Source: Ostrea edulis | Lineage: Eukaryota | Direction of reading: 5' to 3' | NCBI RefSeq assembly: GCF_947568905.1 | Contig: NC_079165.1 | Span: 80,848,001 to 80,912,000, forward strand | DNA length: 64,000 nt | Shown: piece after piece, positions 51,269 through 64,000 of the stretch | Layout of the letters: each line of letters starts with the position of its first letter | How positions within the stretch are numbered: the stretch's first letter is position 1 | The notes under the pieces: generated by a model | What the model saw: the letters and a program-made list of their open reading frames with translations, nothing else | The model's database searches: none | Told to the model about the DNA's origin: nothing | Made by a program: the position numbers and the translations under genes

Positions 51269-51355
51269 AGGTGAAGATAAAGAACAATCTTATAACTCCT
51301 ATAAGCAATACAAAATAGATAGTTTGGCAAACACGGACCCCTGGACACACCAGAG
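51269..51355 (-). mobile_element. Naiad-like terminal fragment ending at the duplication junction
   Basis: The element sequence switches after GGACACACCAGAG to HSPA12 intron-3 sequence. Confidence 0.8.
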
Positions 51356-51611
51356 TTTGTGAGGCCCTAGACATATAGAGAGGGCTATCTTAGAACATCA
51401 CCTTTGTTTTAATCATTGTGTTCAATTCGAAAACAGTATACTGATGTAAACTCTTTCATCGAAACTTTTTTTTCCCTTACCGTAAAGCTATATACCCATT
51501 CGATACTTTAGCAGTTTGACTCTGTACTATGAACTATCTAATTTCACAACAGTTTTAAAAGACCTTAATTTTTGTTATTTCCCAGATTTTTGTATTTTGT
51601 TGATTTTTCAG

Positions 51612-53002
51612 GCTGGAATTCCGGGCGAAAACCTCACTCTGGCTTTTGAGTCTGAAGTAGCTGCCGTGTACTGTCGAATGCTCCCAAAGAAGAGTCTAGT
51701 CGGTCTACGAGGACGAGATCTTTTACAGTCGTTTAACAAAGGAAGGAAATTCATGGTTCTTGATTTAGGAGGTGGGTTCAGTATACAGATTTTCAAAAAT
51801 CGAATTGAGAGAGGGCTAGAATAGGCTATACTCTTTCACTATTTGTGAATAAATTATCATGAATTCAAACAAATGTTATTCAATTTCCAGTGTGACATCT
51901 TTTTTCATAATTTTTTATTTCAGGTGGCACGTGTGATGTCTCAGTGATGGAAGTCGTGAATGATGGAAACATCGAGCACATTCGTAAAGCAACGGGTGGG
52001 GCGTGGGGAGGCGGCAAAGTCAACGAGGAATTTACTATATTTCTCAATAAGATTTTTGGCGAAGACGTTGTTAATCAATGTTGGGCAGAAAATCCCTCGG
52101 AGTACTTGGAAATGGTTCGCGCTTTTGAGATAAAAAAGCGGAAAGTTTCAAAAGAAACAACAGATGAAGTCCCATTTAAGATCCCAGCAGAGCTACGGAT
52201 GTTGCTGAAGTTAAAGACTGGGTTTGAATTGGAGGAGGTGATTCGCGAGACAAAATATAACGGCAAAGTTATTGTTAAAGGTGACAAAATTCTGATAGAC
52301 CCTAACGTTTTCAGAGAGTTCTTTAAGAAAACCATCGACAGCATTATCAAACACATGAAGGAGATCTTCGATGAAAACTCCGGACGCCATATTGCTACAT
52401 TATTAATGGTGGGGGGTTTCACCGAGTCACCTCTTGTTCGAGATGCTGTTCGTGAAGCGTTTCCCAACATGATGATCATCACTCCGAAAGAACCAAGTAT
52501 GGCCGTGTTGAAAGGTGCTGTTCTCTATGGACAAAATCCCGAGTGTATTTGCTCAAGGATCTGTAAATGTACCTATGGAATACGAATTGCAAGACCGTTC
52601 ATAGATGGCATCCACAGAGAAGAATACAAGGTATTGGTGGACGGGAAATATTACTGCAAAAACTTGTTTCAAGTCTTTTTCACAGTTGATGAGAAAACTA
52701 AAATTGGTCAGACATTCCGGTATCCGATTCATAATTCATATGAAAGTGAAATTCGACAGGACTTAAGGAAAGAACCAAAAATAACGGAAATTTATGTTAG
52801 TAATGACGCACATCCTCTCTACGTCACCGATTCTAACTGCACAAAACACGGACAGATCATCATGGAACCTCCCGGTGGAATGTGGCCAGAAAAATTTACT
52901 GGGTACGTGGAGATGGAGATCGCGGGAACTGAAATCGTTGGGAGGTTTGTCAACAAAGAAAATGGAGATACAAACATGATTTACTTAGATTTTCTTTCGT
53001 AA
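51612..53002 (+). pseudogene. HSPA12: Orphan duplicate of HSPA12 exons 4-5 (51612-51771, 51924-53002)
   Basis: The encoded peptide matches the first copy, and the differences I noticed are synonymous. Exons 1-3 are absent upstream in this copy. Confidence 0.88.
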
Positions 53003-54845
53003 GCAATACCACTTGCAGATTCACTGAAGAAACGTCAGCGGATTTAGCTACTGACATATAAATTGAAGTTAACATTGGAAGTGATAAATCGTTTTTTGTT
53101 TCTTATTCGTGTCCATTCATCTGCTGCATTTGCATTGCACGTGGAAAAGCTCTTTGTCACTTATTAAAATCGGAATTTCAATATAAATCAAATTCGTTTA
53201 CAATGTGTTCTGTATTTATGCTGATGTGGTTAATTTGATGGTTAGTAATATGCTCGTTAAGAAAAACACTTTAAAATCTAAATGAAAGGCCAATGGACCA
53301 CAACGTCCATTGGGTCACCTTGATCATACAGAGACATTTTAGAACACTAAGAGTATATATAATTCTATACTTCGCGCATATATCTGTTCTGGATCCAAAA
53401 TCATTGAATTCAGAAAATTAAATCTACACTACAAGAGGATACTTTCACTACATTTTACCCCTGTGGTTATTGTAGTTGTTGAGCAGATCCCATCCAATAT
53501 AAAATTCAGTTTCAGTCTGCCGTTAACGTCTATGTTCAGTGATATATCCAAATATGAAACAGATGGAAAGGACTGTGTTGTCGTATTTTGAGGTCCCTGG
53601 GGTATATGGAGTCGATATATTAAAAATAAAAACACTGATCATCGATGTATCTAACAAGGTTACAGCAAGAGGTTTTTCTTGTCACGTAGAAGTTTTAGAA
53701 TATATTCAGAACATCTATGCTTTTTAGATAAAAAAAAAAACCCATTTCTTAGCGACTATCATGGTGTAAAGCAAAATGTTTATTTAGGTTTGTAAATTTC
53801 TCTGTCTCTATTTGTATAAAATTTCCATTGGTACATTTTACGAGGAAATGTTATCGGAAAATCTTTTTTTCTTCTTCATTTTTTGTACAGGTGTGCTGTA
53901 AACATGTAGCAAACGTATGAAAAAATATGTATTATGATGAACTGATAAAACGAAATACATGTACTTAGGGAAAAAATCCACATAAAAATGCACATAGAAC
54001 TGGGAACAGCAATTGCATGCACATTAAGTTACTAAGGAAACACATCGAACGCGGATTGATATTAATCTCTCTATTCCATTTATTGAAAAGGTTCACAGTA
54101 CATAATGATAAAATCTGTTTGCATTCGGACAGTAAGCACTTTACCAAAAATCTTACATCTTGCAAATAACACAAAATGTGAATTATTTAGTTATGTTGAA
54201 ATCATGGAAGCGCAAACCTATATTGGACATTATTGAAGAATGCTATATTTCATATCCATCATATCCATGGCGAACTTGAAATGACCTTTCAAGCAAACAC
54301 CACGTTTTCTGCGAATCACAACAAAATATATATTAAAGATTTTGAATGCAAAAGAATATTCAGTCCAATAATTAAGAGAAAGATCAATCCAATAAACAAT
54401 AAATATTTAAACCTCCAACCCACGATTATTTTTTTTACGTAACATCGAAAACTCATTAATGTTCTTTTATCCTATCATTAGATGAAAATGGTTTAAAACC
54501 CAAAATTTATTTTACACAGTTTCAAGAATTTGCAATTGATGACGCAGGTTATGACGTCATAACACAAAAAATCCACAGTCATGATGTCATAATGAAAGAC
54601 AGGTAGTCAATATGGATCGTTTGGATGATTATTAGGCTAATGTTTATAATAAACCATTAATTTTGGGGCCGAAATAGGCTCTTTAACCTATCTTTTCTAC
54701 TTCCTACATTGCTGATATTTCGTTCTGCAGTTATCTTCCCTTCATATAGTTACAGGATACCAATCATAATATAGTCATAATTATGACAAAACATCGCACA
54801 CACGAAGGGAGCTTAGAGTATATGAATCAGATTATTCAGTGAAAA

Positions 54846-57800
54846 CTATCTTCTCTGTCGTCTTCTAAGAAGTATTTTCTCTAATCCCATCATCGGAGCC
54901 TCGAATGCAACTGAGGCCACAAAGGCTGTCATAGTAGACAGAACAAGATGGCCAAGGAATAGATAGATCTGAAATGTATAGAAGGGAATATGTTCCAAAC
55001 AACCAGAGACGAATCAATACATCAATTCTTACAATGATAAAAGGAATGTATCTATTCTCATTTATGAAGAGAACTCACCGCGTTGATGTCATCCATATAA
55101 AATTCTGTACGTTGGCTATATATAAAAGCATACATCACAGTGGCGTGAGTCAGATAGATGCAATACGAGAGTCGAGCTAGTGGAACAAATGGAGACCACG
55201 ACAACAGGGTATTGACGAATCCTTTACAAAGTAAGAAAACATAATAATAAAAACGGAATGTCTACAGCAGGGTGTTCGGACACTTCTTGGTCTTCTCTAA
55301 GTAATTTTTGTTTTCAATGTGGTCCTTAATTTGAGATATTTCAAATAATGAAACACATGTATTCGATAAGAAAATATAACAACTCCGAAATCGACTGTAT
55401 CTGAACATTACCGCCATTTCCAGTAGCACAGGCAAATATAACCCAGCATACGCATGCTCCCCATACAATCTTATGAGTGGCATTGTAGAGAGCTGACACA
55501 TCACGATTAAGGATATCATCCGGATGGGAGATAGGATCATGGAGTCCGTACAGGACTACGATAGCCAGAGTGGCGAAGATTAACCACAAGAGCAGATTCA
55601 AGAACTACGAAATAGAAAACTAACTTATCATAAGAACATAAAGGATGCACCACATGACTGATGAAAAGGTGAAGATAACAGACAGTGATCAGTCTCATAT
55701 AAGGCGGTTTACACTATAGAAATGCTGGTCCTGATACTCTTTTCACAAACCCGTGGCCTACTGTGCACGGGTTTAGAGGAATATGGTATTAGAAACCTTT
55801 GTTTAGCTAAGAACATGTTGAAGGTAATGATTAGTAACTGTCTATCGATATATTTAGACTGAATGTATGTACTGCCATTAAATGCTATAACATTATCTCC
55901 TTCTTCATCCTTCATTATTCCGGTAATAACATATATCAATTCGTCTGATGACCCTAACCCTGTGATTCTAATTCCATCTTAAGGTCAAAGATTTAAATTG
56001 AATTAAACAAAATACCTTATTGATCTTCACTTTACAGTCTGTTTTGTATAATAATGATCCAACAATGATTCCGACAATATAGGGTCCTATCCTACAGTAG
56101 GGTCTGATGTAGTAGTTATTGGAGTAATCTGCTCTTCCTCTGTAAATAATTCAGACATTGCTCTGTAAGAAACAGGAATTATTCTAATATTCAAACTCTT
56201 TATTCAATAGAATACCTACTGTTCCGATCCTCCGCCGCCAAACGTTGATGGTGGAAGATCCAAGACGTTTGAGATAACCCCTGGTGTTATAGCAGATCCG
56301 AGCAGCCAAACAAAACAGATGCCTATTCCTACTGGATAAAAGCTGGGAGAAAAATAAATTCAAATACATGAAGTTGTAGTTATTTTCTAATCTACCGATT
56401 GGTATCAATGTAACTTGCATGATAATGGGCTTTCGGGGAAGAACAACTTACAAATACAACGGCACAAGCATAAGTGGACTTAATATGAAGAACTGCATAT
56501 CGTTTGCAAGGTACCAGGAAACTCCAAAGCACTGAAAATGACAAGGTTGTTTGTTGTTTTGAGTTCAGCGTTCCATCAAGAATTTTCAATTCAAAGAGAC
56601 ATTTCAAAGTGTATTATATAACTACAAATACAGGAAATAAAGATTTTCAAACACATATTCCTTAAAATTGAGGAATATTAAAAAACTGTAAGATGGCCGA
56701 AAATGCATGTTTCTTTTAATCTCGTCGTACACTAAGATTAGAAATTTCACTGTATATTACCCTGCCATGTATCATACAAGTGACTACTAAAATTAAATTT
56801 TAAGAGTTATGTTTCTTGTATTGACTGCCAAGATTTTATGCATTTTTAGTAAACCGAATATGGTGTGGCTGGAATTTAAATTAAAATTTACGTTAATCTA
56901 ATCCCATTACCTGATCGTCATTGAATAAATTATTGATGTAAAGAAGATTTCTCCACCACGTGTCTTTACAAAAGTTTCTCTCGAACCCGTCCTTAGGCCA
57001 CACTGGCCCATCTCCAAAGTACCGTCCAAGACAGGCACTGATCATCAGTACAATCATGTACACGGGAGTTAATCTACAACGATCACAAATTCATTAGTGG
57101 TAACAGATATATCTCAATAAATTGTTAGATGATATCTGTTGCTTTCTTCTGAAGATCAAATGTGTTGTCAGTTATTTAAATATTGAAAGAAAACAGCCTT
57201 GACATTTCACATACCTCTTTTCCACATTAGATTTGATGATCATTTCATTGATTGAGTATACCCTCGCAATTGTATGCACATGTACCTGTATATTTGATTA
57301 GTTTGGACTGATTTACTTTACGTTGTATTATTAGGATTACCAAAAGTACTTGCTATTGTATTTCACCTGTATTGTGATTGTTACAGTAAACAATCACTTA
57401 TGATTTCAAATAATCGATAAGAAATTTGGGATTTGCCAATTGAAGCATTAACACAGATATGACATGTAATTTTGTGTACCAATATGTCTGAACTCTTAGA
57501 CTTTTTAAAGAATCTAAAATTGATATTCATAATGTATACAAATGTTCATTTTATTCAGGTGTAAAATATCACAGAGTGATATAATTGTAAATTAAAAATA
57601 GCAAATTGAAGCTTGACACATTCTGTTATACCATACAATTATAACAATTAAAAATACATAATATAGCCTATAATGATATGATGGTTTAAGGATAACCCAT
57701 AAAAGTTGAAATTACATATAATTTATTTCCAATGAGGTCCTTATAACTCTTATGAACAGAATATGTTTTTAAAAATCAATCCATCAAAATCTGTGAATAT

Positions 57801-60800
57801 ATAAATACCTCCAAAATCTGTGGAAATAGAACATGAACCAATTGATCCTGAAAGTCCCCTTCCCTTTCTTCATTTCCTTCAGTGTCAGGTAGGAAAGCAG
57901 CAGGCCACTGAATAGGGAAAAACTAAATCAGGAGATATATCCTAGTGAGACTAAAAAAACCCACAAAACTCATATTCAAAGTATGAGATTCTAAAATATG
58001 TACCTTACAAAAATAATGAAAGATATATTTTTTTAAAAACCCAGATTCTCATATCCTTCACATTTAACAAATGATCTTTAGGGAGTTTATGGGTTATAAT
58101 CTGACTCGGAGTAATAAAAAATTGTTGCAAAATATGGGCCCATGGAATAGAAATTTGTCACATGACAAGTCGAATCCCCTTTCAATATATCAGCTTCTCC
58201 ATTCTCAACTTCCATTATTCATGCAACAATATTCCATTATCATTATGGTGTTTATGTCTCTCAAACTGATTCGATACGCAAAAGCTTGTTCTGTTAAATT
58301 GAGGCATATTACTGACAAACAAGTTGATGTTACAGGGGTTTCAACAGTCTTCTTTAAAGTCAGCATTCCGCAAATTATATGGACGTTAAAATGATTTGTT
58401 TTACCAATACAACCTGCCATTGGGCCAAATGCTGTCTGACGTGTTTGATACCAATAGATTTGTTAGGCCGTTCTTTACACATTGATTTTGACTGTGAATT
58501 ACTCAGTTTACCTGATCAAAATATAGGGCTCACAGCGGGTGTGACCGGTCGACTTACTCCCCCTAGGCACCTGATCCCACCCATGGTATGTCCAGGGGTC
58601 CATGTGCCCGATTCCTAATTTTGTATTCCTTATGGGGGTTATGAGATTAATCACTGTTCGTTATCTTCATCTTTTCACGAAAAATCTAATTTTTGCAGTT
58701 GCTGAGTAAAGTGCGATGGAAGCGGAATTATTTGTGACATATGCCTTCCTGATTGTCAGGTAGTAAACAATTGTTGAGTGTAAAAACATGTCACATAGTC
58801 TAATATCAAAGGTCTCCATTATGACCAGAAATGCGACCAAAATTTGACTTTGTTGCTTGGCATCTTTCTTCCTACATGACTTAGAACTGATCAAGAATCA
58901 GAATATAGACGGAAACCATTATCTGTAATATTGCAACAAGAAAAGATTTGACAGACGGACGGACGGACTGAAAGACATAGGTAAACCAGTTTGTATACCT
59001 CCTTGAAGATGGGGTATAAATATCAACCTAAGAAAGTTCAATTCATAGTGCATAAGTCATGACGCATTGTATGCTGGACATTGATCTTGGGCAGAAGGTA
59101 AAGGCTTATGAGCACTAACCTTAAAGCAAAGAAAGAATCTACCGAAACCAGAGCATTGATGACAGCTTGAAAGGACCAGCGTTTGGATAACATTGCATAT
59201 CCAGAATAGGAGTTGCCTTTAATTCAAAGTAAGAGAACGAAATATTAAAATCTGTCTATCACAGATATAAAAGATGATTAATCATTAATTTTTTGAATAT
59301 TCAAAAACAAGCTCAAGTACAGCGCAAATTTTCTAACAATCTGAAATTCCATACTCATTTCCCCCATAATGAATGCGTAAGAGTGTCCGAGAACGACCCA
59401 GGAGATGCTGAGGAACCGTATCCCATTCAATGCAGTCAGTGTTCCCGCGGACTGATTCACTTGGAGAAGCTTCTTCCCATTGGTGTAAGCAGAAAACGAA
59501 AGCAGCAACTTTTCCAGTATTGCTATGAAAGGTAGTTCAAAGATAAAATATTTTACTTTCATCTTGAAGTGATGTACAGCTTTTCTGTATTTGTAACATA
59601 AAACATATTTTACTCTGCAAATAATTGTCATATCATGATTTACTCACATTCTTCCTTTTTTATCATATTTGCCTTTTCATCCATCAGTAGGGGAGTTTTC
59701 TCGCCAGTCGAGATTTCTACTGATTGATCGGGCACGGTCTTCATTGAACTACGATCAGTGCGAGACAACAACTGCTTCACAACGTCATACGTTGTGCTTA
59801 TCAATATCAAAGCGGCAAACACTCCAAGTATGGAGCTGAAAATAGAGATCAAGAGTGTGGATGAAAGGTGAAGATAACGAACAGTGATCAACCTCATAAC
59901 TCCCATAAGCAATACAAAATAGAGAGTTAGGCAAACACGGACCCCTGGACACACCAGAGGTTGAATATCAATCAGCATAATGGAATGAAGCAGGAAATAA
60001 TGACAAATAATTCCATCGATGTTTATGATAAGCCATTCAACCTTTTTTCTAGGAACCAGTGTGGACACTAAATGCTAGTCTCCTCGTCTAATGATAATTC
60101 TTTACCTACGTCTAACAGTGGACATTTTGCTTTCTTTAACTTTTACATAAGAACTTATGCATGCACTTACATGGCAACAATGGCTCTTGTGTCGATTTCG
60201 GGTTTCTCTGGACAATACACATAGGAAGCGTAGATTGGATTGGACGTGGGTATCACACTTTGTACAATACCCAATACTGTCATGAATAGTGGTCAATGAA
60301 AATCGTAAAAAGTTTTGATGATAATTTCAAGTAATGCATAATCAATAGATAAGAGAGAAAAAAGCATCTTAGAACAAAGCTTTTCTTTTTTATATTTTTG
60401 TGCAGATATTTACGTTACCGTTGTTAAGTACTAATGTGTAGATACTTATCTTTTTTAAATACTGTCGTGTAGATACTTTACTTTTGCCATCTATTGTCTT
60501 GCAGATACTTATTTTACTTTTGTTCAATAGTGTCATGTACTTTTGTACGTATTGTTGTGAATTGAAGATGCATACATAACTTTTGTTAAGTACTAGTACT
60601 TTACTTACATTCGTTGTATAATTCCATCAAGTCTCTCTGTGAACATGCTTTGGGTGCACACAGGCCAATATCTGTCTGTAAAAAGGTTTTACATTGTTTG
60701 TCCTTAGTTTACAAAACATATTCGATATTGTTCCTTCTGATTAATACCTACCTCTAAAGGAATATACGCCAGTTTTAAAGGTATGTGAGCAAAACAGAAT

Positions 60801-61380
60801 TGTGTCTCAATCGAACTGATGTTGAAATGCTTCACTGGAACTTCCAAATTAAAGCACTCATCATAGGATCCCAGCCATTTAGTGTTGCCATCTAAAACTC
60901 CAGATTCAATTTTGGCGGAAGAGTCAATCACTGAAAAGAAAATATATCTCAAAGGTACAGTCATCGGATATTCTTCCCAGGAGGACTGACATCGACATTG
61001 AACTAATATTTCTTATAAGTATACCTACTTTTGAGAGCCCAGTACTCATTCGCCCTCAGTGCTGTGAACGCGCGATTCCAGTGATCTCGACAGGTTTCCG
61101 ACACGTTATATTTGTCAGCGAATAGAACAGATCCGTCTTCTGCTGATGATTTCAAAGTGTCACCATTAGAATCTGCTAAGGATTTTAGGAAATTGACATC
61201 ATGTACTTGATTAACAACAGACTTCAGCTCTAGCAGCCGGTTTGTGACGTTACTTAGGGGTTTTGGATTTAACAATCTGACGTCGAACGATATGAGGTCT
61301 TCATAAGATGGAAACTGTATATCGGCATCACAAATTGCACAAAACGCTACAAAAACAGCGCCAAAACCGAACATCCGCAT
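54846..61380 (-). CDS. nrf-6: NRF-6-like paralog A, complete duplicate copy
   Basis: All 15 exons are present at an offset of about +16511 to +16513. Start 61380, stop 54846-54848. One amino-acid difference noticed (DYFN to DYSN, base 56122). Confidence 0.88.
58176..58679 (+). mobile_element. Duplicate of the Naiad-like fragment 41663-42166
   Basis: Part of duplication copy 2. Confidence 0.72.
59862..59961 (-). mobile_element. Duplicate of the Naiad-like fragment 43349-43448
   Basis: Part of duplication copy 2. Confidence 0.72.
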
Positions 61381-62677
61381 GTTTAAAGATACAAACAGTA
61401 TGTTGGCTTAGATATATTGCACATAAGCTGCGTACAGTATTGCTGTGAATATCGAGAACGTTGATTTTGTTATCTCATTGTTATCCCTGTCAGATAAAGA
61501 TGCAAAGACCACCCAATCTGTATACGAATATGTATGTGTGTATTTTCTATATATGGACATGTCATAGTGAATACAAAATGAAAATCAGTTATGAAAGTTA
61601 AGCCACTGGCTTTACCAATCATTCCATTGGTTAGTATATTGGTTACGTCACCTGACGTATTCAAGACCGTCTTTGGGCAGTTGTAGCATGAATCACAGCA
61701 AACATTGTACTTTGTTTATTCCCGAGAAAAACACGAAGTAAAAAGGAAATAATGTAAATGCAATGAGCGATGAATTGCTCAATCAGAATGAAAGAGAAAT
61801 TGGATATACCGACTCAATGACCCCGCATTGCATCAATCAGAAATGATCATCCCGTGGTGTTAGCAGTTGAAGTGATTACTATCTTGGTTTTATAAAATAG
61901 AAATAGTTGGTTATAAGAACTTCGTTTAGTAGCAGCGAAAGATCGACATACTTCTTTCTTTCTTTCTTTTTTTTATGTAAAAATTCATTGTTTTGCTTTT
62001 GTTGTTGTTTTTTTGGGGGTGGGGGGGGGTTGGTGGGGTGTATGTTTTTTTTCCTTTTCCTTTTTTCTTCTTTTTTTTTAATTTTCTTTCTTTCTTTTTT
62101 CCTTTTGGTTTGTTTGCTTTTTCGTAAACTTTTTAATTTTTATCTACTAACCTTTTTGAAGAACATCTACTTTATTACGTATTACTTTGCATTCTGGACA
62201 AGTAAGCCCAGGATTAGAATGAAGAAAACTTTGACAATGAAGAAATCGATTGAAATAATTTACATCTTTCGTAAACCATCCTCCAGGACACGTGATATTG
62301 TAGGTTTATCACTCAATTCGTCTTACATATTTCGTAAACCATCCTCCAGGACGTGATATTGTACGTTTATCACTCAATTCGTCCTTGAACTTATTTGTTT
62401 TCACGTAGTCGTCAGATATCAATGTACATGGTTTATATCCTCGAGATTAATCTTATATGTACTTACATTATACTTACTAGATATTTTTGAAAACATTTTA
62501 CAAAGTTTTACAATCTTTGTATCTAGGAGAAAATAGATTCAGGTACAGATATCACAAATCCTTGTAAGGAGTAAGATTGAAATGAAATTTTAATAGACAC
62601 ATAGTTCATTTCCACATTCCAGATTAATTTCCTTACATTATCGTTAGATTTTGATATAACACTTAGTGTTTTAATAG

Positions 62678-62681
<4 letters not shown>

Positions 62682-62714
<33 letters not shown>
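62682..62714. repeat. (GA)16 microsatellite
   Basis: Direct reading. Confidence 0.97.
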
Positions 62715-62715
<1 letters not shown>

Positions 62716-63287
62716 ACTAAATACCAACAACACTCCAAAGTGTCAGATCTTAATGTACGAGGTCAAATAAATAAGGATATATAAAGCGTAAAAAATGAAC
62801 ATCGCCACGTACAATATGAACTTCTCAAATTTTCGGGACGACCTACATGTATCCTTTCTTCAGGACAACAGAACATATACATATAAATGAAAACTAGATA
62901 AATACAATAAGAATGCAAACACTCACTAAATTTAAACTACGAAAGCTGAGAACAAACATAATGTCTACATATTGAAATCATCGAGTGCAATATGGGGCAA
63001 TAAAATAACGTCTGTTCTGAACGAGCTTCAATATTTATAATTCTATTGTACGATTCACTAAATATATATGTATATGTAGCTAAAATATTTTTCTCAGTTT
63101 TCATATGAAAAGGATTAACAAGATAATTCAGAGAATCTATGCCCCTCCCCGTTTAAGGACAGAAAAAGGAGGAAAAGACCTATTCGGGACATTCAGATAT
63201 CACAATCATGAAGTGTCTTCTTTATCTTATAGACTCATTACCTTCAATTTCATTCCAAGAGCTCAAATAAGCCGATCATGTATTTGA

Positions 63288-63827
63288 TGAAAAGGTGAAG
63301 ATAACCAACAGTGATCAATCTCATAATTCCTATAAGGAATACAATATAAAGAGTTGAGCAAACACGGACTCTTAGACACACCACATACGGGGTGATATGC
63401 CTAGTAGGAGTAAGCATCCTCTGTCGACCGGTCACACCCACCGTGAGCCCTATGAAGGGTGAAGATAACGAACAGTGATCAATCTCATACCTCCTATAAG
63501 CAATACGAAACAGAGAGTTGGGCAAACACGGAACCCTGGACACACCAGAGGTGGGATAAGGTGCCTAGGACTAAGCATCCCCTGTCGACCGTTCACATCC
63601 ACCGTGAGCCTAATATCTTGACCAGGTAAACGGAGTTATCCGTAGTCAAAATCAGTGTGCTAAGAACGATAACAATGGATTTGAAACACATCAGACAGCA
63701 TTTGACCCAGTGATAAGTTGTATTGCCTCTACATCTTAATCAGATAAACGGAATAATTCCGTAGTCAAAATCAGTGTGTAAAGAATGGCCTAACAAATTA
63801 GTTTGAAACACGTCAGACAGCAGATGA
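63288..63827 (-). mobile_element. Duplicate of the tandem Naiad-like ends 46801-47340
   Basis: Part of duplication copy 2. Confidence 0.72.
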
Positions 63828-63862
63828 TACATGAACTGGTTACATTGACATGTCAACATTTT

Positions 63863-63995
63863 NNNNNNNNNNNNNNNNNNNNNNNNNNNNNNNNNNNNNN
63901 NNNNNNNNNNNNNNNNNNNNNNNNNNNNNNNNNNNNNNNNNNNNNNNNNNNNNNNNNNNNNNNNNNNNNNNNNNNNNNNNNNNNNNNNNNNNNNN
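63863..63995. other. Run of 133 N
   Basis: Direct reading. Confidence 0.99.
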
Positions 63996-64000
63996 TACTA

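Larger units (their letters stand above)
34833..51353 (+). repeat. Tandem segmental duplication, copy 1 (about 16.52 kb unit)
   Basis: 34833-47523 is near-identical to 51354-64000. The offset is 16521 at the start and drifts to 16477 through indels. Confidence 0.95.
51354..64000 (+). repeat. Tandem segmental duplication, copy 2 (continues beyond the window)
   Basis: Near-identical to 34833-47523, with scattered SNPs and small indels. Confidence 0.95.

Noticed and set aside
61907-62356. 149-aa Phe-rich ORF (and 45394-45855)
   Set aside because: Translation of poly-T/poly-G low-complexity tracts. The frame is not conserved between the two duplicate copies.

Overview
AT-rich eukaryotic genomic DNA with spliced genes. 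The repeat families resemble those I recall from bivalves, probably an oyster (inference, no search run). The first 32 kb has no intact gene that I can support. It holds two abutting tandem arrays (21-bp, and 41/31-bp with higher-order structure), tRNA-derived SINEs, Helentron-type non-autonomous elements (one nested in another) and many 3' fragments of a Penelope-like retroelement. It also holds a minimal type I hammerhead ribozyme (25775-25818) and a decayed PIF/Harbinger transposon with 11-bp-phased subterminal motif arrays. From 33 kb there is a 5-exon HSPA12-type Hsp70 gene (+), convergent with a 15-exon NRF-6/acyltransferase-3 gene (-), followed by the last five exons of an older NRF-6 paralog. 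A recent tandem duplication of about 16.5 kb (unit 34833-51353, second copy running off the window) has a microhomology junction. It yields a second complete NRF-6 copy, an orphan 3' half of HSPA12 and a 5'-truncated NRF-6 paralog. All exon models were read by hand from GT-AG sites and frame continuity.
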